DNA of 63,137 nucleotides, filler included, from Atractiella rhizophila (taxonomy: Eukaryota), in NCBI GenBank assembly GCA_021432655.1. It is 8 parts of 7 records of this genome, joined end to end, with 100 filler letters (N's around TTAATTAATTAA, not from the genome) between each part and the next. Parts side by side here need not be neighbours in the genome. Positions count along the whole stretch, not along the records: positions 12,563 to 25,017 come from MU272007.1; 7 more parts are not named here. One strand, written 5' to 3'. This document shows, one piece after another, positions 12,563 to 25,117 of this stretch (position 1 is the stretch's first letter; the number at the start of each line of letters is the position of its first letter). The translations under genes and the position numbers were made by a program. The notes beneath the pieces were generated by a model. That model was not told the origin of the DNA. It saw only the letters and a program-made list of their open reading frames with translations, and ran no database searches.

Positions 12563-15138
12563 AGCTGATAGAAAACCCCATCGTAAGCAACGCACCAAGC
12601 CCTCGAAAGTATTATCGTCCATGTTCCCCTCTGCTCGACGGCCATCAGAAACACGATATATTCCTTCTGCTCTGGACGGATTATCTGGATCTAACGACCG
12701 AACTTCGACTTCTTCACCGTTCTTTCGCTCAATGATGACCTGAAAGCACCGTCAGATATACTTCACAGTCAGGGTCGTAAAACTCACCGTATTCCCCTCT
12801 ATCCAAGTCCTCTCGTTGTTAGCGGTGCAATCGACTCGCTCCTTCCTCAAGGCCCTGTCCTTCGCTGCCGCTACAGGATCTTTCTCCAGATCCGACGTCG
12901 AAGTTCGGCGAAGCAAGAACGGTCTCAACAGCGTCGCAGCCCTTCCCCTTCCTGGGGTGAGTCCTGGGGTGAGTCCTGCGGCCACTTCTGGATGGACTGG
13001 AGGCGGCGTTGGGATACGGTCCTTCTGATAAGCGGGTTCAGGCTCTTGAATGACTGGTTTCTCCTTTTCCGAAATGTCAGCCTCAGGGGCAGGTGTATTT
13101 GAATCCTCGGATTCCTCTTCGATAATATCTGAAATGCGTCGCTTTCCTTTCTCCAGATCTGAGTCGTCGCGATTGACCACGATGTCGTCTGGTCGATCGA
13201 CCTTTCGGGCGTGAGACAACCAAGCTGGACCACCGGAGGCCTGTGTCCAGGTACGGGATATGGAGTGAACTCGGGAGTGCAGACGCTTGCCAACCGAAAA
13301 GAAAGGGATCGTTAAACCTGTTTGATCGTCAATACTCGTTACACTTCGCAATCTAAGATGAAGGGACGCACCGTGGACCAAGACTGAGGACAGGACCAAG
13401 AAATACACAATAGGTTGGATCGTCAAAGCGAGGACATCCAGGCTTGTTTCGGGAGGGTATAGCTGTACGCTTATCAGTAACGGTATCCTTGTTCTGGGGG
13501 AAGGAACTGTACCGGAGTGGGGAGACGTTCAGTTGCAAGTGTAGCGATAAAGATGGCTCCGACTCCCTGCGAACACCATCATCGGTCTGAATGGCTGACA
13601 TAGAACCTCGCACTCACCATGGGTCCAAAATGTCCCGAGAAGACGGCCTCTCTGAAAGTCTTGATATCGGGCATGAAATTATAGAACAAGAGGATGAATG
13701 GCAGCCTTCGAAGGACCAAGATAGCGATGGCGAGAAGGACAAGTCTCCATGGTGTCAGGCTGAGGAGCGGGTCATCCCAAGCCGGAAATGGCATCGTTGC
13801 TCCGATATAGACGAAGGTGGCGCAATTGACGAGCAGATCGATAATCTATCATTTCCCCCCGTTTACCATTTGATTGCTAAGACAAGGAGGAGGAACTCAC
13901 GTTGGCGAAGTTACTATCTTCGATAGACTCCGAGAACCAATCGTCCCAAGCTATCAGGCTCGTCAATCTACCTTGCGAGGAGCAAACAAAAACAACGCAC
14001 CGAATGCAACTCCACAAGCAAAGGATGCCAACAGATCGTCACTCCCCGCTAAGGTGGTGACGCCAGTTGTGAAGAGCGCCAAAGCGACATACATCGCTAC
14101 CATAGACTCCCTATCGATGAGCCCTCTCCTCTTTGAAAACTTCATGATCTTCCTCGCCATAACGCCAATGAAGGCTCCAATGAACGTTCCAAGGATGATC
14201 TGATAGAGTAAAACGAGCAAGATCCACTGGCCGATCGTATCGCCCACCGAGACGTCTTCTCGTAAGAGGAGGAAGAGCGCGAGGAAGAGAAAAGGGAACG
14301 CTGCGCCGTCGTTCGAGCCCGATTCACATTGCAGCAAATGTCGAAGATGGGAAGGTACGTGTTCCTGTGCGAATTTTCCTCTACCTACGACGGAGGCGGC
14401 GAGCACGGGATCGGTGGGAGTAACGGCGGCGGCGACGACGAGGGATTCGAGGAAGGTCAATTTGGGGATGATGACATAGATGAGCGCGCCAGAGACCATC
14501 CATCCGAACAACATGCTGCTCTCATCAGCATCAACAAACCATGTCTTCAGCTCGGGGAGGGGAGGGACGGCGCACTTTGGGCCTAAGAGGATGGACAAGC
14601 TCTTCCAATGCTTAAGGACATAACTTTTTGGCAGTTCCACTCCGACAGCAAACACAGATAGGGCGATAACGATGCGCATGATTTCTAAAGTGACTTCGTT
14701 GAAGTCGCCCCCTCCGTTCCATGTTCTTGGTGCAAAGATGTCGGCTACAGTTTCTGAGAATACTATTCCAAGGCCGGTGGCGATGATCGGCTCTCCAAAG
14801 AAGAGTCGTTCCTTCACTAACGCGCTAAAGTCCGTATCAGTAAAAGAATACTGGAGATAGGGGAATATATGTACCTGAACATGCCGAAGAAGACGGTGAA
14901 AGCACTGAGCAGTGTGTAAGCAAGATGAGCGACTGAGACTTCGGGTACGACTTTGAAGAGCTGTGCAAGCAAAATAACATTAGCAGTCGTATGGCATGAA
15001 CGATTCAGAAAGACATACCTCCTCATGCGCATGATCGAGACCCTCCTCGACCCCTCCATGCACTTCGTACAATCCTGTGACATTACCAAGCCGGAGCTTT
15101 GGGAGATAAAGGCTGAGATATCTGGTATTAATCGACAT
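12563..15138 (-). CDS. NHA1: Plasma-membrane Na+(K+)/H+ antiporter (Nha1/Sod2 family), 3'-truncated
   Basis: KERLFFGEP, FAVGVELPKSY, TPTDPVLAASVVG, ESGSNDGAAFPF, SDDLLASFACG, LRRLP, REAVFSGHFGPM; start ATG 15138 inferred. Confidence 0.92.
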
Positions 15139-16860
15139 GTTGGGAAGGCGTCAGCGTTATTGGGAGATATTGTCCCGACTTTTAGCTGTTTCCAACGATC
15201 AGATCAGTGCTGTTCTTCTTTGCTCATAAACGCTGAAAAATTCAATCTGCGGAGTGCGGAGAGTATGATGATGATAGGCTAAAGAGGCCATCGGTCCCTA
15301 GGACGGCACACCTCCCGACCTTACTGTTCATTTATTTGTTGTCTGAGTTACTGAGCATCATTCACTCCATAATTCAACATTTTGACAGTGGCTTGCAATG
15401 ATGACATGATGCCAATGGATCGGGATGCTTGCGCCAAAATCAGCGTCACCCAATTATGGGAGAACCAAGAGGGTCCCCAATCTTGGTTTCAAGAGGGCTG
15501 AGAAGACGCCAAACCCTCCAACGTGTCTTATAAACGCCACAAGCAAATTTTACTCCCAAAGCCCCTGAATGGTCTCCAAGCCTGGACAAGCAAGTTAACG
15601 CACCTAATTTCTGCTGCCACTGCGCCAAAACAATGCGCGCCTTGTGTCAGAATCCAACAAAACAACCCGAGAGGTTCACTTCCTCCTCGGCAGCTGTGAC
15701 TGTGGGAAATAACAAGTCTGGGGATAGGAGGGAGGAAAGAGGGAAGGGGGCGCTGATGAGATGGACGAGAACTGAGCTCCTCGATGCAAGAGAGTCTTGG
15801 AGCCGTTGTCTCGGCGGACGTAATCGAGCCGCTACCAGTCCTCCGGGTCCTGTGTCCGGTCTGCTCGGCCAACTTCGGGGACGAAACTATAGTCTTCAAA
15901 CGCAAACTAGCACACCCAACACACTGCTGGATTGGATTGGATTTCGAAGGAGATGATTATTTGTCCTGAAATGGTGTCGCTCTTATGGATGGTGTGCTGG
16001 CACGTTCCTGGCTGCTCTCTTGCAAGTTGCAACGATCGCCCCTCTTTGCGAAACATGGATTGATGCACGATTTGGCGCAAATAAAATGAGCGTGCATAAT
16101 TATGTAAGATGAGAAGCAGGAGGCGGCGTAGAGAGACGTGGAGACAGCTTCTAAATCGATGGGCCATTTTTGTTGTATCCTGGCAATGTTGATTGGGAAC
16201 TTGATCGATCGAACTTGAAGTACGCCAACTAGCAGAGAAAGGGGGGATGACGCTGGGCAACGAGTGATGTCTACGAGATGAGATGAAGTGCATGAGTTGT
16301 TTATGCAAATATGCGCTTCTCATTCCCAGCTCTCATCTATGAAAAATGAGTTATCAAGAAAGTTTGCTTCAACGTAGAAAATATCGGTTCTGAAAACGGC
16401 AACAAATTACAGTAACGCTTACGCTTATGTGGTGGACAGTTTGTGGTTGGGAAACGAGATCAGGTTGACCTGTTTGTTGGTTTGGGAAATAAAAAGAATG
16501 GTGAAAAAGTGAGGTTTATGTGGATTGAACACATGACCTTCAGATTACTAACTGTTACTTCAGTCTGACGCTCTCCCAACTGAGCTAAAACCTCTTTGAT
16601 GCTAATCCTTTTGACTTGCATGCCTATACTCTGATGGCAGTTCAGCCACTTTTCTGATCGGGGATCGGGAACTGGGAAGAGAACAAAGGGCATATTTTTT
16701 CATCATACCCACACAGACAGAAGTCACTGATCTCCTCTCCTACCTTTCCTCCCCTTACTCCTTCCATCCTTCCTTCAGGCTGCCTCGACTTCCCAAAGTT
16801 TGTCAGTCCTTTGTCTGTTCATTCAGCACACGACTTGAATGCGCTAACTCCTGCTCACAG

Positions 16861-18351
16861 GCCCTCTCCACCTTGTCCATTCTCCAAAGTGTGCCCAACC
16901 TCCTACAAAAGCGTATGAGCTCACGCACACACTCCCTCGTGCAGCGCGCCTCCTTTACGTTGGTTTCGAATATACCCATGAACAATGATTTCCTGCTCAA
17001 GACGCTCGATACCTTCTCCAACGATCCTCATCTCACCTACACTTATGGTGAGAAGAAGTATGGTCCTTTTTCGGTGAGACGGATGAAGGAGAGGGCGGAT
17101 GTGGTTTGGGAGAAGATGGTGGAGTTGGATGATGAGGGAAAGACGGGGTGGAGTTGGGATCAGGCTCGTTTGAGGATCAAGTTGGAGGACGAGAGTAGGA
17201 GAGAAGATCCCAGTCCGTTTTCATTCTTTTTCATTCTTTCGTTGACTGATCTCATACATAGGGAAGGCCACAGAATGGGATTTTCAACCCGCAAACCTCT
17301 TGATCGAAGGCCGAGACGGAAGCTTTCCCGCTTCTGTTCCCCCTTCAGCTGAAGCCCTGGACGAAGCTTTGGCAACGCTCTATCTGCCGTGGAAGAGACA
17401 GCACTGGCACGACGTGCGCGTGTACCCGGAAACTGTCACTCTCCGGAACCTACAGATTCGAAAGGGCCGAGACCTCACTCGGTTCTTCAGCCGGACGCTC
17501 CTTAAATCCTCCATCAGACATCTTCGGATCGAACAGACCTCTCAACCCCATCCTCATCCTCAGCGTCACCCTCATAACGGTCTTCAGAACGCCACAGAAA
17601 AGGCAGGAACCCTGACCGTAGACGCGGTCCCCCTCGTTCTCTCCAAACTCAAATCCCTCACCCTAATCGGAGACTGTTACACTCCCATCCTCTACACCAA
17701 CCTCAACACCCTCCCACCCATCCTCCTCTCCATCCATCCCTCCACCCCCATCCCATTCCTCCCCCGTCCCCCGCCTCCTCCACCCCACCTCGAACCCGCC
17801 GTCCTGCACAGGTCGTGGGCGAAACAGCAGAAGAAGGAGGCGGAAGCGCTCCGGAGGAGCGGGAGGAGGTTGAAGCCGCATGAAGTCGGGTTTTGCGTCT
17901 CGGTTCTTGGGACATCGTTTCGGGTGAGGGAGAACGAGCTGTTTCTCAGTCTGGAGGAGTTCAAGTTTCCGCTAAGTTTCCGCTTCCACCTTCGATTCCA
18001 CAGAGCAAGATTGATCGAGCCGGAATGGACGTGGCGGTGACGCCGCGAAGGAGGAAGAGGAGAGCGGAGGAGGGGGGTGAGGAGGACGAGGATGGGGGGA
18101 GAGGGAAGGAGGGGAAGAGGAGACGGTGGATGAGCGAGGAGGTGTTTTCGGACGTGACGGAGCCGGAGGTGGGGAGTGAGGAGTGGCTCGATAAGGAGAA
18201 CTTGTCCAGTCCGCCGCCACCACATCTTCAAACTCGGAGGGAGAGGGAGAAAGAGGGGAGGAAGCCGATGTTGAGGAAGAAGAGTAGGTTGGAGGGCGTG
18301 AAGGAGGACGTTGGTGAGGAGATGGGAAAGATGATTGGTAGGTTGCCGTGA
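16861..18351 (+). CDS. Hypothetical protein (spliced; start unresolved; probable frameshift near 17890)
   Basis: Acceptor GCTAAC..CAG at 16860; intron ~17213-17261 joins the 16873 and 17300 ORFs; charged C-terminus lies in another frame. No family recognised. Confidence 0.4.
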
Positions 18352-18851
18352 CCTTCTCTCAAGACTTTTGTACAAACGTTTATGACGGATGCATTGTTTT
18401 CTTCGTTTCAAGTTTCAGCTTTCGCTTCACTTTCGTTCCTTCATTCTTTCATCTCTGCTCTCGTAACCCGTCGCATTCATCGCTCTTCAAATTCTCGTCC
18501 CGTCGCAGATACAATCTTGCACTCTGATACTGCACTCTCTTCCAAGTTTGTTTCGTGTCGTTCTCAAGTTATCATTGACCACAGCTCGTTTCTAGTCGCA
18601 ATTCCGCTGGCAATTCTGTATTGTAGAGCCCCATAATTCTTCCACTTTTTAATAAATTTACCACAGGTTGGCACAATATGAAGCGGCATAGTCTGAAGAC
18701 TGGAACCAGCGAAACCAGCGAATCCATCCTGTATTGATCTGACTCGATTAGCCGATAGGATGTTTGTTAAGTAGACATTCGCGTCATCGACTTCAACATC
18801 TTGTGCACAATAACAGTTTACAGTTGGAATAAGAGGTAACAGGTGATAAGG

Positions 18852-21812
18852 ATGTCCTCGCCTCCCACCTCGCCACTCGTCTACACGCCGTATCAGCCGC
18901 GCTCTCTCTCCCGGCGCACGGCATCCAACACCTCCTCCATCCACGGCATCAACGGCCTCCTCTCCACCTCTCCCACCGCACCCGCCTTCTCCTTCCCTGC
19001 CCCCAACACGTCCTCCCCGGCACACACCGAAGCCTTCACGCCGGCGCTCTTCGTCCGTCCCGCGTCCGCACTCTCCTCCCACACCCCCTCCCTCGATCTC
19101 TTCACCCCTCCACTCGCCCACTCTAACGCCAGCTCCCATCCCCACTCCCACTCTCACTCCCATCCCGTGTCCGCCACAGCCACGCCCCCCAACCTCGCCT
19201 CGCTTTCCCGCCGCCCCTCCGACCTCTCTCATCTCGCTTTCCAGCCCCCGACCTCCCCGCCTTCGTCGGGTACCCCGCTGGAAAGCGAGAGGGAGAAGAA
19301 GAGGACGCCGTATCATCCGAGGTTTCAGCCGAAGGGTGTGAGGAGGGAGAGGTGGGAAGATTTCCTTGCGGTGAGGGAGAAGGAGGCAGGGAGGAGGAGG
19401 CTGGATGACCAGAGGGTCGAGAGGAGGGCTCAGAAGGTGAACTTCTTTCCTTCCTTCCTTCCTTCCTTTCTTTCTTTGGGTGGTCAGATGGCATAATTTC
19501 AGTCTTTCTGTGGTGTGGTATGGCGTGGATGGCGAGCAAAAGTTCAGAGGGCTGTTCATCTTGCGTACTGTCCATGTCTACTCCTGGTTGGAGAGCTCGT
19601 CTGCTCATATAGAGTGAGCCACCACCATTTCGCAACTCTGTTGCCAATCTTCTCTTTCCTCACCAATCCTACTTCCCTCAGGAGAATTTCCTCAACCTGC
19701 TGAGTTCGTGTACCGTTTGAACGACCTGAGCTGACGGCCGTCTCCTCCTTCCATGGTTAAAATTGACCGATAGTGCAAGTTTTGTGCCTTCTGTAATTAT
19801 ATTCCGGTGGGATCTCATGAATTGGTGCCCCAGAGAGGATAGGAGGAAAACCGAAGAGGGTTTACCTTTACGTATTAGATCGTGAATCAATGACGAGGGG
19901 GTCCGAAACTGAACGAAATGTATATTCCCCTTTGTTTTATTCTTCCTGTGCCTTTTAAAAAGGGAGGATATGCTGCACCATGTCTTGATTGAAAGAAATC
20001 AGGGAGGCAGCGTGTGACTAGAAATATATTTCAAAGAGATAGTGGATTCGAGTTTCGAAATCACGGTGCAAGTACGGAGCAGCTGACCTGTCAATTTTGC
20101 AGTTGATCGCATTACATTTTCCCGCATCCACCCCAACACCTTTAAAGCGCACCTCCACCAATTCATCACTATCCTCCATCTCGTCAAGCATATCCAGATC
20201 CTCCTCCGACGTCTGGTCAAAAACACTCAAGAACCTCACATTAGGAAGAGGTGGAGAGGGAGGGGAGTGGGAGATCCGAAGTGAGTTTTGCCCCCCTTCT
20301 CTTTATGCCAACTGCCGATACCCGACCTAGATGCAGAACAAGCAATAGTCAAATGGGAAGACGACGCGTCGGTGTCACGCTGCCCCATTTGCATGTGAGT
20401 CCACGTTCAAGATGGAAGGGATTGGTCTCACGTTGAATGGCTAGGGCAGCCTTCGGCCTCAAGACCCGTAAACACCATTGTCGTCTCTGTGGTCGAATAG
20501 TCTGTTTTCTCCCTCCCAATGCCTCCCCTCTTTCGAAGCAGAATCCGCCGCCATCGGTTGTGGACGAGAAGGATAAGGAAGGGGAAACAGCCCAGCCCAT
20601 TCATGTTATCACACGGACGGTTCGTTGTTCGACATTCATAACTTACGAATTGAACGATTTTGGAGATGGGAGCGGGAGGATTGTTGAGATAGATGTCGAT
20701 GAGGAAGCGAGGGAGAGGGATAAGTTGAACATGAATGGAAAGACGAAGGTGGAGCCTGCGAAGGAGGAGAAGCGGAAAGAGATTCGCGTCTGCCGAGACT
20801 GTGTACAGTCTGTTTTGTATGGCGGTCCTAGCTTTGAAGAGGGAGAAACTGAACAGAGGCTTAGACGACGACAGACGATGACCCTGAACGCGCCCATACC
20901 CAATTATGTCAAGTTGCACAAAGTTCGTCGGATTCCCTAGAGGCATACTTTCATCCTTCTGAGAGCGGTTTAGGTGCTCATACAAGTGGAAGAGGAAGTG
21001 GAAGCTTTGATACCCGACCTACAAGAGCTCGTAATCAACATGAAGTTAGTAGTTCCATATTCATCCCTCGCCCCTAACCAACGAATATACCAGTTCAGTT
21101 TCGACATCAAATCCCAATTCGACTGCGCTCCTAAACATCCAGGCGCAGGCCCTGACAGTGCGGAAGAAGATATTATCGTCCTTGACCTCGTACGATACAC
21201 TGTCACGACGAATCCGCGACCTGCCTCTTCAAAAGTCGGAGGGGCAGAAGCCCGGCGGAAGTCAACAGCGGTTAACGAAGGCGATCTCGACGAGAGCTGC
21301 ATTATGGCTTGGAGAAAAGATGGCCGCTCTTCGTGGTGAGTCGCTCACTCACTCGCTCACATCCCCCGTCCTTACTTGGTCTTGGTCGACAGGCCTCGGC
21401 GCACTGGACAGCAGCTTTGCTGGAGGCGATAAAACGATCACCTCAAAACGGAAGAGACCTGGCAACAGGACGGCGAGTAGTAGCTTCAGCACGAATGGGT
21501 CGGATGATGGGAAAGATGTTCGAGATAAGATCAAGTCTCCGGATCCTCAGAACGGTGCTCTTGCAATTCTCATGGAGTATGCCATCAACCTCTTTACTCC
21601 ACTGTGCGCTGAGATCAATGTTGGCAGGCAAGAGCAACTCGTTGCTGGGTACCTGGAAGAAGCTAACAAACGACGGCAATTTGAAGATGCAGCCGCTTTG
21701 CAAACCTCTCTGGATGAGTTGTGAGCAGGAACCATCCTTCTCCATTCGAAACCTCCTGATCCTTGTGCATCGTAGGCGTGCTGAAATAGCCAAACTCAGG
21801 GCAGCTAGTTGA
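18852..21812 (+). CDS. PEP7: FYVE-domain vacuolar segregation protein (Pep7/Vac1/rabenosyn-5-like), multi-exon
   Basis: FQPKGV..ERRAQK|LIALHFP; AEQAIVKWEDDA..CPIC..FGLKTRKHHCRLCGRIVC..RVCRDC; C-terminal Rab-binding motif GYLEEANKRRQFEDAAALQTSLDEL..EIAKL. Confidence 0.88.
19443..19477 (+). repeat. (TTCC)n/(TTTC)n microsatellite
   Basis: ttctttccttccttccttccttcctttctttcttt just inside the first PEP7 intron. Confidence 0.85.
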
Positions 21813-22308
21813 CCGTCTTCCAATCACAATCCCGCTCTTGCGTTTTTATCCGTTTTCTTCGGTTCAAGTTCAAATGGGGACATGGATGGAGAGGGAACGA
21901 TTTTTATCGGTTAGGTTCTGTACCGTTGGGATCCATTTATCGAGAAAGTGCAGATGGGCGAGCTAGGGATTGGTTCATTGGTGTAGAAAACCTAGTTGCA
22001 CAAGCGTAGACAAGAGGCACGTGTTGGTTCGACCAAGAACAAGAACTGATCGTAATACGATGCATCACGATCTTCACGCTGCCAGGGTACATTTAACTTT
22101 CTGGTTCCTCCCCATGATATTATGAAAAGAGTGCGAATTAAGCAGCTATAGGGTATTCATCCGGGTCATCAAGGTCGTTACAGTCGTTATCATCCGGGTC
22201 ATAAAAGGAACCAAAACCAATCTCTCTCCAAAAGCGCAATCAAGAAACACAAACGAGTATAGTCCTTCGGCCCATGTAAACACAGATACGAGAAGTGATA
22301 GACCAGGC

Positions 22309-23373
22309 TCAAGCGGCAGCAGTGACAGCAGGAGCAGCTTCAGTTGATGCCTTCTTGGAGCTTATCCGCCTCCATAAACCTTCCTTCTTCTCAACGGCGG
22401 GACTCGGAGCAGGAGTAGGGGTAGGTGTTGCACTCGAGAAGCTGAACCAGCCCTTCTTCTCCTCCTTAGGTGAAGCCGTCTCTTTCTTCTCCTCGACCTT
22501 CTTCTCGCCCGAATTAGAACTAGAGCGGAACCAGCCCTTCTTCTCTCCCTCCTTTACCTCTTCCTTCTTCTCCGCCGTCTTGTCAGCAGATGAGGTCGAG
22601 CGGCCGAACCAGCCTTTCTTTTCCTCGATAGCGACAGCTGGTGTTGCGGCAGGTGTGGCAGGAGCCTTCTCGGATACGGAAGTAGGAGAAGCCTGGGGGA
22701 CGGCGAGAAGGTTGGTGGTCTCTTCTTGCTTCTTGACGAGTTCTGGATCATCTGCTTCTGGTTTAGGACGGCAGCAACAAGCATACCCTGAAATAGTTGT
22801 TCATGTGAATATCAACAACGTTCGCGGAGTATAAAAAGGGAGGACGGACCTGCCAGACATCTCAATAATCCGGTGATGATAGAAGATAGCCCGTCGAGAG
22901 TGATATTTATCAATTGAGCGGCGCCAACGATTAGCCAGTCCACTATCTTGACAAGACCGGAAAGGAGCCAGGTGATTGCATCAGCGAGGAAGGTGACGAG
23001 CTCTGTACCGTTCCAAAACAAGTCAGTCATTGCGAGAATGGGACTACAATGTATAGGGGTAAATGCTGCCAAGTTTGGTAGAAGCAGAAGGGACAAGGGA
23101 CCGCATGAGCAGGTTCTCGAAGACCAAAATAGCAAGCTGACAACAATGGCTGTGGAGCCTGAATTGTAGTCATATTATACAGATACATTAATGGCTCAGC
23201 TTCAATCCATGTCTTCTGCGATGCATATGATTCGAGCAGAGCTTCGTGTAGAAACCTGGAGTGATTCGTGTCTCACAACACCACGGCCAATGCAACCAAA
23301 TGAAGAACTTACTCTTAGTACCACTGACGATAGCGCCAACAAGCCAAGCAAGGGAAGAACAGACGATGCCCAT
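22309..23373 (-). CDS. Hypothetical membrane-associated protein with CCC motif and EKKGWF repeats
   Basis: Last exon 22787-22309 is open (YACCCRPKP..EKKGWF x3..AAA*); hydrophobic exon ~23010-22850 with GT donor; start MGIVCSSLAW at 23373 is tentative. Confidence 0.65.
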
Positions 23374-24498
23374 GTTTGATGTTCGATAATCTGGTTATGT
23401 TCTGTAAGAGTGTGTTGTACGTAAATGGCTGGATAAGCTGAGGTCGTTAGATGTTTCGTTCAAATCGTTATCGGTTGTTTGGGTGGTGGCTGGGAAACTG
23501 GAGAGGAATGGAAAAGGTGGTGGTCGTTCCTGAGAGAAGAAGGAAAGGCAATCGAAGAATAGGGGCTTGTTGACTTGCTGCGCCAGGAGCCCCAACTTTA
23601 GCTCGCATTCTGTCAGGATTCTGTGTTGATTTCGAAGCTCTGATTCGGTTGGAGTATTGATACCTGGGTAGAAGGACGTAGAATTCTTTACTATGGGGTG
23701 CGACTGTAAGCTTGTCTTTCAGTTCAATGATTTGGAAACCAAAACTGTAACATTGTGGAAGTAAGGATACTCCAATGTGCTTGCGATAACACAGTAGAGT
23801 CTACGAGTTTGACAAGATCTAGTCGCACGGGCTATGTAGGATGAGGAATGCTTTGTCTATTGAAATATTCGTTCATGACGAGCACATATAAACCGGAGTG
23901 AACAATGCAGCTCAGCGCATGGTTATCGTTATCCTAAAACATACCCTTGATCCTGAAGACTTGATGGAGCAAGCCCTTTGGCACTTGTTGTGTGTTGCAG
24001 ATGCATCCGTCAGCTTCGCATCACAATGGATTTGTCGCGCTGAGCAAAATGTTCAAACTCAGCATTTGCAGAGTCGCGATGGAGTGATGGAGTGCAGCCT
24101 TGAAGCTTGAGACCTTGAGGGCTAACCTCCAGACTTGATCAGAGTCGCACATGAGCCTCAGACTAATCCATTGATGCAGGGCAGCAAGAAGGTCAGAGGT
24201 TCTGTCAGACATGCCACCATCACTCCGGATAGGCGCTCAGTTCAGAGGGACCTCGATGCAATAAGGTGATGGAGAACCCGTCGTCCATAATTGATACTGC
24301 GTATGTCTGGACGCGTTGGTGAACTGCGTCGATGCGTTGATGCGCAACAGACCAATTCAACACCAATGTCAGCGGGGATGAACGCGTTGAGCATCGACAG
24401 CGACATAAACTGAGTTTCTGATTCGTCGCTTGCGACTGTTGGTAGGAATACATAAAACATGGTACTCTTACCCTGCTAGATGTCAAGTGCCAATCATC

Positions 24499-25017
24499 AT
24501 GTCTTGGAGTACCAGAGGTTCAGGTTACGGCGGTGGAAGTCGTGGAAGAGGACGAGGACGAGGAAGAGGAGGGACCCAATTCGGAGACGCCGTCACAATC
24601 AATCCGGTGGCGTCCGCAAGTTTACTGTCAGGGTTTGAGAAAGCAAAGCAGATAGAAGTACATACCCCAGGTCTTTACGACGGAACACCATGTAAACCGC
24701 GTAACGTGCGAGCCATTTCTTCATTTGATTGGGTTGACGGGCGAACAATTCGCGTGCCTGGTAAGAGATGATGTTGTGGCGCAGAGTAAGCCAATTTGAC
24801 AGCGATGCATAGGACTCCCTCCAGTGTGGAAAGAACCAAATTTGCCTCTAAAAATTGAACACGACTCCGGAGATGCCTTTGTGGACCAACAAGCAGAATT
24901 AACCTCCAGAATGGGCATCCATCGCTCGTCAGGGCTTTTTGCCGCTATCGACGCAGTCGATCCTAATTTTGCGTACGAGCAAGTCGATGTCATTACAGAT
25001 CGAAACAATGTCAAGAA
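24499..25017 (+). CDS. Fungal protein with N-terminal RG/RGG box, possibly Rai1/DXO-like; 3'-truncated
   Basis: MSWSTRGSGYGGGSRGRGRGRGRGG; ISSFDWVD..IRVPG|..PPVW..DSG..FVDQ..DVITDRNN; intron ~24761-24812. Confidence 0.6.
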
Positions 25018-25117
25018 NNNNNNNNNNNNNNNNNNNNNNNNNNNNNNNNNNNNNNNNNNNNTTAATTAATTAANNNNNNNNNNNNNNNNNNNNNNNNNNN
25101 NNNNNNNNNNNNNNNNN

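Noticed and set aside
18564..19559. 331-aa minus-strand ORF and other long antisense ORFs (3064-3873, 17692-18411, 22295-22834)
   Set aside because: Shadows of low-complexity genes on the opposite strand.
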